From NCBI GenBank assembly GCA_963575745.1, contig CAUYUJ010000107.1, positions 1-64,000 on the forward strand: a DNA stretch of 64,000 nt, given 5' to 3'. Positions 34,601 to 45,000 of the stretch are shown one piece after another. Both the position numbers and the translations under genes were made by a program. How positions within the stretch are numbered: the first letter of the stretch is position 1; each line of letters opens with the position of its first letter. This DNA is from Prorocentrum cordatum. Taxonomy: Eukaryota. The notes under the pieces were generated by a model. It had not been told where the DNA came from, did no database searches, and saw only the letters and a list, made by a program, of their open reading frames with translations.

Positions 34601-37600
34601 GGAGGGGGGGCTTGAACTGGGGCGATGGAGCGATGGCCTTGACCATGGCAAGGACCCTAGTCGCGAAGAGATCCGATGGCGACGGCCCCGGCGCACGCAG
34701 CTCCTGCCCCCGCTGCTCCGCCTGTAGGCCGGACATGCCGCCAGCGGCGGCGCTGGGCTGCTGCGCCAGCGGCAGCGGCGGCGCTGGGGCGGGCGGCGCA
34801 GGCCCGTCTGCCAAGGGCTCGGCCGGCACGACGTCGCCGACGCCCGTCGCCACGACCGTCGCCCACCGGGCGCCGTCGTCCATGTCCCGAACAGCCAATG
34901 CCTCTCGGACGCGACGACGACGACACCTCTCGCCTCCCTCCGTCGGGCCTCGTCCCCCCTCTCCACCTACCTCCTCCTCCTCCTCCCCCTCCTCCTCTTC
35001 CTTCTATGCATCCTCCTCCTCCTGATCCTTCTCCTCTTCCTCCTCAGGGACTCCTCCTCATTGCTCCTCCTCCTCCTGGGTCCTCCTCCTCCTCATCCTC
35101 CTCATCATCATCACCCTGCCCTTCCTCTTCATCCTCTGACCTCGGCATGGTTGCCGATGCACAGATCGAGGAATGCCCGCCGGGCGGAGGGCGATGCCGA
35201 CATACTGGAGCATCTCTTCTTGATAGTAATGCGAGAACTCATGAGCGGCAACTTGATGCTGGGGGCCAACTTGTATATGTGCTTGATGACGTTGTTGCAA
35301 CCTTCGATCTCCTGCGCGTCCGCAGCCCACGAGTGGGCGAGCTCTGTCAGGAAGGCGTGCAACTCCTGAGCGAGAGTCTGGGCCACGGCAGCGCCCTCCA
35401 GCTCAACCTTGAATGTGCGAGCCACTTTGAGCGTTGTTGGGCACGACCCCGGGAACGGCGCATCCGCGCCCTGACCCAGCATGCGCAGCGTGTCCTGGGT
35501 CGGGGCGCGGAGGCGCGGGAGGGGGGGGAGGGCGGGAAGAGAAAGCTAAGGCTAAGGACTGACTAAGGACATAAAAGAGGAGGGGGAGAGCGGGGGATGG
35601 ATCAAGGGTTGATCGACGTCCGACGGCCGCCCTCGCTTCCTGGGCAACTGCAGCTCGGCGCGGACATCGCACGTCGTGAGGCTGAGTTACCAGGAGGAGC
35701 ATTCTACATGGGAACTCTGAGATGTCATTCAGAATACGCCGTTGGAAGTCTGATCTTAATTCTAATGTCAGCTCAACAATCAGGGCAATGACATTCTCTT
35801 CGAGGGCGTCGCACTCCCCCTCGCACTTCTCGATTTCCGAACAAACAGGGCCCCATATAGTGCGGTAGGATGGCCTCTCCAGAAGCGTGTCCCATTCTGA
35901 TGCAATGCTGGCAGCCTTGCCCGACACGAGCTCCAACATTTTAGGTTGTCCTGGGGCCCGGCGCTCGCGATCATCAACTCGCATGTCAGTGCGGTCCACT
36001 TTCTGCATCCAACACGACAGATGGTTGAGCGGCCCTCTGGTCCGCCTAGCAATGAGCACGTGCGCCCAAAACACGCCGTCCCGAAGAGAAGACAGTGCGC
36101 TCGTAATCCACCGGCCATACCTAGAGGCCTCTTAGATGGGGTAGGAGGGTCCGAGTAGATAGAGTTGAAGGGTCGCGCCGCATCGCCAACGCATCGGCGA
36201 CGCATCGGCGATAGATCGGCTAGCGAACGCTGTCTCCGACTGTGTCCACATCGAGCCGCATCGTCGATGCATCGGCCCATCGGCGATGCGCCGCGATCCT
36301 CCGACCCCATCTGCTCGGGCCGCATCTGAGAGGCCTAGAGTACCTCTCCTGATAAGACTCTTTGGCGTCAGGGTCGTCCTCAAGCCCAGTGGCTCGCCGG
36401 CGCTTCGCCGCGCCCGCGGCCTTGGCCGTCGCCTCCTGCACGAGGATGTCCTCGAACACGCGGAGCAACTTGTCTGACCCGCGCTCCTCAAGGTAAGCCT
36501 GGCGCCGCCGAGAGGGGGCGGGCGCGATGGCGAGGGTGGAGTGGGCCGGCCGGGGGAAAGTGGGAGGACCGGGGCGAGAGGGAGGCGGGCAAGGAGGAGG
36601 AGGATGAGGAGGAGGAGAAGGAGGAGGAGGAGTTGGAGGAGGAGGAAGTGACCCTTTCCACCCCCCTCCCCTCCTCTGCCTCAACCTACCTCCGTCCGAG
36701 CTATCCTCCGACCACGGGCTGTCTGACCTCCTTCCGAAGAACGAGCGAATTTTCTGATGCTGCCGCGCGCCTCTGTCATTGATATGGAGCCCCAGCGTCC
36801 CCGGAGAGGCCGAGGGGGAAGACGACGAAGATTCGCCTTCGCGTCCTCAGTGGAAAACACGCTGCACCATCTGCTGTACACCCTGGCAGCCATGCCGGTG
36901 GACCGCCAAACGTTGATCAACGTGGCGAGGCGGCCATAATAGTTCGCTGACCAGTTCCTGTCGAGCCTCGCCAGTTGCAGCTGCGCGCCAGAGTGGCCCA
37001 TGTGATCGATGCAGAACTGATGGATATATAAAGTCGTGTCCATCGGCATGACCATGCGTGAAATGATCGTCCTCGAACCCTGCTGATCTGGACCTAGGGG
37101 GAGAAACGACAGTCCTCCTCCTCCTCCTCGACTCCTCCTCCGTCCTCCTCCTCCTCATCCTTTTCCTCCTCCTCCTCCTCCTCCTCCTCAACCTCCTCCT
37201 CCTCGTCCTCCTCCTCCCCCTCCTCCTCCACTCCTCCTCAACCTCCTCCTCCTCCGCCTCCTGCTCCTCCTCCCCCTCGTGTTCCTCCTCGTCCCCTCCT
37301 CCTCCTCCTCCTCCTCGTCCTCCTCCTCCTCATCTCTCGCCCTGCCCTTCCGTTCCTCCTCCTCCCTTCCTAGGCCGTTGACCCCCGCCTCCTGCGAAGC
37401 CACCGGCCCTGGCCCGAGGCGCCAGAGCGCTGGGCCGGCTGCCCCGGCCCCAAGGACACCCGGGGGCGCGGGCAGGGCAGGCGAGGAAGCGAGGAGGCAG
37501 AGTCTGAGGAGGAGGAGGAGGAGGAGGAAGTTTGTAGGTGCACGGCGTGCGAATTCAAACCCATCCCCGACCTTTGTCAGTAGTGAACAGAAACACTCGC

Positions 37601-40600
37601 AAATGACGCTGCAGCCCCTGGCAATAGTCAGGGTCGTCGTCCCACAACTTGAGGCCCGCGCACTTCAGCTGTTTCATGTACAAGACAACCTGCTCGCGGC
37701 CCGAGTGGCTGACGGCAACGAACTGCAAGTCTGGGTACACCGACTTGGATTCCCGGAGGTCGTCGTCGATGTCATGATCTAGCAATGCGCCAATGCGCTT
37801 TCATGCCGGCCCGAATGTGCCAACGCGCCCACCCCCGCACCTCCCCGGCAAAGGGGCCGAATGGTGCGTCCGCGCTCTGGCCGAGTGAAAGGAGGAGGAG
37901 GGTGAGGGAGAGGAGGGGGAGGAGGGGGAAGAGGGGAGGAGGAGGAGGAGGAGGAGGAGGAGGAGGAGGAGGAGGAGGAGGAGGAGGAGAAGGGTGAGGA
38001 GGAGGAGGACGAGGAGGAGGAGGAGGGAGAGGAAGGAAAGGGGAACGGAGGCAAGCACCGCGCAGGGTCGCCATTCCCCCCGCCGCACCGATGCCGCTAC
38101 TCCTCGGATCTCTCCCGGGGCGCGTTCTGCCTAGGATTTCGAAGTGACTCCAGTCGTGGCGAAGAGGGATCTCCAGGGCGAAATGCGATGCGGCATCGGA
38201 CGCGCGATAAAGTGAAAAGCGCAAGCCTGGCGCGTAGTACTTGCTGGCCGCCTCGAGCACGTGCGCCTTCATGCTCTGGACCGAGCTGGCATTGGTAGCA
38301 TCGCCTCTGACGTTGTGGATCTCCCACGAGAACGCATCGCCGGGTGTCTTCGCGAAGTTCCGGATGCGATCCTGCTGGCGCCGATGCCAGAGCCTGGACT
38401 CGCCGATGATGTTGTTGGCGAGGCACTTCTCCCAAGTAGTCACGGACCTCGGACGGAGGGGGGGTGGGTCGGGCGCGCCCTTCCTTCCCGCCCTTCGGGT
38501 GTTATGGTGGTTGCGTAATTGGGAACCTGGAACAGGGACAGGAGCGCGAATGTTCGGGGGGCCCGAGTGCAAACCGATGCGAGTACTTGAATTAGATCCA
38601 TCCCGATCGATGGTCGAAGGAGGAAGAGGAGGAGGCGAGGAGGAGGAGGAGGAGGAGGAGGAGGAGAAGGAGGAGGAGGAGGGGGAGGAGGAGCAGTGAG
38701 AAGAGGAGGATGAAGCAGAGCCCTTCCTCCTCCGTGCCGTTCCGTTCCGTGAGTCCGCCGACCCGATTATGATTCCCCCTCCTCCGCCTCCTCTTGCTCC
38801 TCCTCCTCCTCCTCCCTCCCCATCATCCTTCTCCTCCGCCACCCGCGCCACTCCTGCTGCAGTCGGCGATCGGCGTCGCGACTGGGCGCTGAGCGCTCGA
38901 CACGCGGCCGACTTTCGCATCCACGATCTGGGCCAGCGCGGTCGCCCCCACGTGGCCGAGGTTCCGCTTGATCGCCAGCGAATACCCGCCGACCAAACCT
39001 GGGGCGGAGGCGGCGGGGGCGGGGGGGGGAAGGAGGCGGGCGGGGGGGCGCCCGGGAGGAGGGGCGTGGGGGGGCTCTGGGGACAGGAGGACGTGAAGTT
39101 CACGCCGCGTCCTGACGCCCGCCCTCGCCCCCCCTCCTCGTCGCCCCTTCTGGGGCCCGCGTTGTGGCCCCGGTGAACTCACGTTCCACCGCTCGGACTC
39201 GGCCTTGCGCCGCTTCCCGTGCTTCGCGAACTCAAATTCTGCCAACTTCTGCTTTGCAAGTGCGAGTTCGTTCCTATACTCATCTGCTTTGGCTTTCCAG
39301 TAGTCACGGTTGCGGCGAACTCTCTTGATGGCCCGCGCCGCCACCACCGAAACATCCGGAGCCTCAACGATGGCCATCACTTCCTCATCCTCAGCCTGAG
39401 CCCCAGCTTCCTCATCCTCAGCAGCAGCCTCCTCCTCCTCCTCGCCGCCCTCGGCAGCAGCGCGCTCGGGGAGGGCCCCGGGGAAGGCGGGGCCGGCCGC
39501 GGGGGCTCGCAGTAGCCGCCGGCCACGAGACTCAAGCAGCGGCGCCACGACATTGTCGATGTAGGCGAAGGCGTCGGGGGCCACGTCCTAGGGCGGGCAG
39601 GCGGCGGCGGCAGGAAGGCTGAGGACAGGGGCTTACCAATCCAGGGATCGGATCGAGTCGAATTCGGCGTCGCCGATCGTGGATCGTTCAAGATCGCCGA
39701 CGCCAGGTGACCTGGAAGTGACCTGGTCGAGACAGGCTGACCCTCCTCCTCCTCCTCCTCCTCCTCCTCCTCCTCGTCATCATCCTCATCATCATCGTCG
39801 TCATCGTCATCATCATCATCTTCATCATCGCCATCATCATCATCAACCTCATCATCATCACCATCATCGTCACCATCGCCATGGTGATCATCGCCAGCAT
39901 CATCGTCATCAGAATCGTCATCGTCATCATCATCGTCATCATCATCACCGTCAGCATCACAATCATCGTCTTGATCATCACCCACTCCCTCCTCGTCCTC
40001 CGCCTCCTCCTCCTCCTCCTCCTCCTCCTCCTACTCCTACTCCTACTCCTACTCCTCCACCTCCTCTCATCCTTCTATCCTTCTCCTCGTCCTCCTTACC
40101 TCCTTCTCCTCCTCTCCTGCTCCTCCTCCTCTCGCGGGTCCACGCCCAGCTCCGCCGCGGCTCGCCGCAGGACGGCCAGGCCGAGGAAGCCGACGCCCGG
40201 CTCCAGGGCGGCCGCGGCGGCGACAGCCTGCCGGAAAAGACGGGCGGCGCGCGGGCCGCCCCCCCGGCGCGTCCCCGCGCCCCCCCTCCCCCTCCTCATC
40301 TCCTCCTCCGCAGTCTTCCTTCCTCCCCTCTCCTCCTCTCCTCATCCTCTTCCTCCTCCTCCGTACCTTTCAGCCGCCGCCTCCCTCCTCCTCCTCCTCC
40401 TCCTCCTCCTCCTCCTACTCCTTCTCTTCCTCTTCTTCAGCCACCTCCCCCCCCTCCTCTTCCTCCTACTCCTCCTCCTCCTCTCCCGCCTCCTCTGTTT
40501 CCTCCTCCTCCTCAGGACGCCTTCTCGTCCTCGCTTCCCCCTTCCTCCCCCCCTCGTGGCCAGCCCTCGCCCTCCTCCTCTTCTTCCTCCTCCTCCTCCT

Positions 40601-40865
40601 CCTCCTCCTCTTCCTCTTCCTCTTCCTCTTCCGTTCCTTTCCTTTCCTCCTCCTCCTCCTACTCATCCTCTCTTCTTCTTCCTCCTCTTCCTCAAAGGCA
40701 GGCCTTCCCGACGCGTCGGCCCAGAGCAGGCCCGCACTCGTCCTCGCCGGCGGAGGCGAGGAGCGAGCGCAAGCAACTGGCCACAGCAGCCCCGTTCAGA
40801 AACACGCACCGCCCGCCATGGACGTGGGCCCACGCGAGCACTGACCTGGTCACTAGACCTTCCAT
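31610..40865 (-). CDS. Intron-rich DDE transposase (Mutator/hAT-like RNase H fold with CxxH) with a long C-terminal extension; about 15 exons
   Basis: Spliced by eye: MEGLVTRSV (40865), GGYSLAIKRNLGH, HNVRGDATN (D1, ~38310), FLFTTDK|GPDQQG (D2, split by the 37570/37093 intron), HQFCIDH (CxxH), PLRGRWGS (RW), DAQEIEGCNNVIKH (E, ~35305). Downstream segments at 34910-34610, 34405-34000, 33540-32955 and 32620-31610 end in a Cys-rich CRVC...CCLC region. The 3' end, and whether those segments belong to this gene, are uncertain. Confidence 0.75.
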
Positions 40866-40869
40866 GCCC

Positions 40870-40887
40870 GAAGCCAAAATGGCTGCG
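40870..40887 (-). other. Relic dinoflagellate spliced-leader-like sequence immediately upstream of the transposase ATG
   Basis: The minus strand reads CGCAGCCATTTTGGCTTCGGGC-ATG, a 15/16 match to CGTAGCCATTTTGGCT of the DinoSL. Confidence 0.65.
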
Positions 40888-41952
40888 TGAACTGCGACGC
40901 CAGGACCAGGACCCAGATAAGGACGCAAGGCCGGGGCGAGAGGATGCAAGGCCCAAGCGTCGGCCCCCAGCACCTTCAAGAAGTGCCGAATAGACGAGGA
41001 TACAAGAGTGACCTCTGTAGACTGCTGCACCCCACCGCTGGATTCGACTGCGAAGGTTGAATCGGAAAAAGGGCGGGGGAAGGAGGGGGAGGTGGAGGAG
41101 CGGGGGAGGAGGTGGAAGAGGAGCAGAAGAAGTAGAAGAAGGAGACACGAAGGAAAAAACCCGAGGAGGGGAGGGAGAAGGATGAAGCAATCCTTGCCTA
41201 TCTGACTGACACGTGTCAGTCAGACTGACACGCGTCAGTCCTTTGAAGGGCCTCCTGAGGCCCTTTAAAGGAATTTACCGAAATATCCCAAGAATGCCCA
41301 AGACGAACAAAAACATAATCCGATATGAAATGTGATTGTTTTTGCTACACGTCGCATACAACAAAAACAACAAACTGTCTGAAACGCCACGCCTCGACCC
41401 CCCCAGAGCCTCCGAGGCTCTGGGCGGGTTCCAACAAAAACAACAACAAGAACAAACAAACACCAAAAAAAAGGCACACAAACAAAAATGAAAATACGCA
41501 ACGGCCCAGCGAAAACACGCAATTGTGGACATCTACGTCCCGCCCACGATCAAGTGTCGCAACGACCCTGTGGGACCTTGGGCTCTGATTGATGCATGCG
41601 CGGGCCGACGAAATACATTGTATCAACCTGTCAAGCTGATGCGTTGCGTCGTGCGCGGGCCAGCGTCAACGATGTGTCATGTGGTTTTCAGAATGTCCAG
41701 CTTGTGTGGCGTATGCGTGTAAGTTATAAATGAGCCATGCGCTGATCAGTCAAATTTACAATGTCATGATGCTCGATGTGCCCAACCCATTGGTTTTGCA
41801 TGGGTTCTGTAATTCCCATCTGGTCGAAACTGATGGTTGTTGATTGTTTTCAGCCCGCGCAGCTGATGCATTTCTATAGAATTCATACTGACAGGCGACG
41901 TGCACGTACCAAATTTGATGATTTCCTAGATTCCCGACGCCCTGGATCTGCA

Positions 41953-42037
41953 TCATTTTTAGTCGTTTCCACACCCAAACCCCTGGCCTGAACACAAACG
42001 GCGGCCACACAGGATCGGTCACTTTACCACCTCCCCA
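41953..42037 (-). repeat. Right terminal inverted repeat
   Basis: Reverse complement reads TGGGGAGGTGGTAAAGTG...CTGTGTGGCCGCCGTTTGTGTTCAG...GGAAACGACTAAAAATGA. Confidence 0.92.
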
Positions 42038-42046
42038 TGGAATGGG

Positions 42047-45000
42047 CGCTTTGAGATTTGATCCAACCTTTTGCGAAACAATGGGTTCCCTTCGGCGCTC
42101 CGCTGCACGCGGGAGACAACGAAGGTGAGCACGTGTGGCTCTGCCTTCTCCAATCTCATTTCGACGTTGCTCTGCGCTGCGTGAAGGCATGTCGGGAAGA
42201 TCTGGAAAAGTTCGAAATGCACAGGGAGCGCAAGGCACAGATCATGCAAGAGTTCGGTTCTCTCTGCGTCGAAGAGTTCCAGGATGTATTCATAATGCCT
42301 CTGATGCGATCCCTGGGGCTGTTAAATAAGTACACGGCAAAAGCATCTGATGAGTACTTCGAAGAACGCCGCTTGAACAAATACAAGGCGCTGTTCGCGG
42401 GAACCGCTGGCGCCCGAGAGTGGCACAGAAGTGTCGTTGAAGATGCATGCCTCCACAACTCCTTCGATTTGTTTCTCAGCAAGATCCACGACGTGGTGGA
42501 CGGCCTCGATTTCGAGGGTGGCGTCGACCTCGAACCTATAACGGCTTTCGCAGAGTCAGTGGACAAGGCCAGGGAGTGCAACTACCAATCTGCCGGGCTG
42601 CCCGCCAATTTCTTTAATGCCGTCTACCCCGCCTACCTGGAAGCAATGACTTCGCGCGAAGATTACTATCTCAGCGACATCGAACTGCTTGCGCTGGCGC
42701 GTTGCAAGAGGCAGAATTTAGTCATTTTCGTGCACTGCTCTGCGACGCACGAGTTGACATACGCGCGTTCGCACGTCGCAGATCCGACCCTTCCGGTGGT
42801 CGCCACGTCCCTTCGAGATAACGGCGGGCAGGGTGCCGTCCGAACGCACTTCGAGCGGCTGCGAGTTTGCCCGCAGGAGCAGTTGCCTGAGCGGGGGAGT
42901 ATCCCGGGCGGCGATCGCTCCACTGAAGATGTTGGGCACAGAGAGGCGAAGCGCCCGAAAACCGAAAGTGAAAGAGCCCCGGCACTTCCCCCCGCCGAGG
43001 AGAGAAGCCGCGGAGACGGGAACGATGGAGCGGCGCGGCAGGCGACGCGGCAGGAGGATGGGAGCGCCCCGGCAAAGCGCGCAAGGACAGACGAGGAAGT
43101 CGAACGAGAGAGGCACGGGGAGAGAAACGAGTGCGCCCAGCTGCCGCCGCCGCCCGGGGCGCGCGCTCGACGGCGCGCGACCGGCGGAAGGTCTGGATTG
43201 CATCTGAAGGAGGCTTTCGAAATGCATAGTGGATGCGACGCCGGTTGCGACGACCACGTCGATGCGGCGGAGAGCCAGGGCGCCTCGGCAATGCCGGATG
43301 CCGCGGCGACCGAAGGAGGTCCGCGCGTCACTGACGTGCTCGATTTCTTGGGGTTCCAGTTCCCAGGCGATGCAGGAACGCCGGCTGTCGAGGCAACTGA
43401 CAGAGACAAAGGCATCGCTTCGGAGTCAAGCGAAGGCGCCGGCGAGGAATCTGAAAGCGAAGGGGACGACGGCGTGGAGGAGCAATATTTTGCAGTTCGC
43501 GCCAACGCGGAGCAGGCCCGTGGAGCGCCCGTGGAAATTGACGCGATTGATGGCCGCTGCCGAGAACTCCGCAAACTCATGCGAGAACGGCCCACGCTGC
43601 CGCTGACAGCTGACGGCGCAGCCTTGACAGCTCCCGACTTGGAAACTGGAGTGAAGTTGCCGTTGTACTCGTGTCCTTTCCAGAACAACGAGAGCGGACC
43701 TTGCCGTTTCCACACGAGTGACCGAGCAGCGTTCCTGCACCATATTGCTGGGGGCGCCAGGGATCGCACGCATGCCAGTGTGATAAGTAAGATCTGCAAC
43801 AACGATATTCGCTGGATGACGAACTTGGACTACGTATACGGGGCCATGGCCGTTGCCGAGCGGGAGCGGTGGCCAATGTTGGGGCTGTCGACAACTCGGC
43901 GATCCCTGAAACTGCTCGCGCTTCAGTACAACGACGAGACGACGAGATGTCTGGCCTGCTTCATATGCGGCCAACTTCGCACGACGTGCGCGGGGTACCC
44001 GCCAGTTGACCTGGAGTCGAGTTCCATCTCCCTCGCGTCTGGCAACGTCGAGGTAAGATATTGGAAAGAGGCGGCTTTCCAGGACGTTGAAAAGGACTTC
44101 CCTGGGGCGCTGCTCAACAACTGCGGATTCGATCTACGGCAGAAGCGGTACGTGGATCGGGACGTGGAGACAAGCAAGGCGTACCCGTGGAGAGGACAAA
44201 AGGTGTTAAGTGAACCGTTGAGCACCTGTGTTGAAAACCAAGAGCGCCACGTGTCGCGGTGGGCCGTCCAGTTCAGCTTCGAAGGCAGATCAGGGAAGTT
44301 ATTTGGGTGCACTGAGGACGTCCGATGCCTCGCGTGTCCCGACAGACATTCGGACGATTGGGAAACGCCGCCGTTCTGCAGGAAACTCTGCCCGCAGTGC
44401 GAGGTGCCAGTTTGCCGCAACTGCACGGGGAAACTAGGGGATCACCAGGCGGCATCCTCGTTCCTCGACGGCGGGGCCATCCCTATGAGCATAGCGAACG
44501 ACCATTACTACGGCCACGTGAGTCGATACATTGTGGAGAACGACGTCACGTGGCTGGAGTGCGCGGCGTGCTGCACCGTGTGGAGTACGATGTTGGTCTA
44601 TTACCTGGAGGCCCCGTACGGCAACCTGATCGACGTCCCGCTCGGCAAGCCGGAAGCCAGAACGCAGGTGAAGGGCAATCTCTTCAGCTTCTCCATGCCC
44701 TGGGACGACATCGAGAGATGTTGTCGCGAAGCTTCTCAGCACGCCGAGGAGATCCACGGGGGCCGACTGAGGTTGCTGCAGGATGCTCTCGGTGTGCCAC
44801 ATTCGGAGGAAACGTTGGCGATGCTGGTGAACGTGCGCATCAAGGGGGGCAGCAAAAACCTGGCGCAACACCTGAAAGGGCTGACGTTGCGCATTCCGGT
44901 AATGCAAAAGTTGATCGAGATCATGCGCGACAGCGGCTATCCAGGCTATGGCAACAACGGCCTGAACTCATTCGACAGAGTGGCAACCCGCCTCCACGAA

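Larger units (their letters stand above)
17943..42037 (-). mobile_element. 24.1-kb TIR (cut-and-paste) DNA transposon, Mutator/hAT-like, carrying a DNA methyltransferase and a ParB-like gene
   Basis: TIRs at 17943-18027 and 41953-42037 (73/85 identical by hand alignment, ends TGGGGA...TCCCCA). Direct repeat TGGAATGGG at 17934-17942 and 42038-42046. Internal DDE transposase. Excision restores the host frame. Confidence 0.92.
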
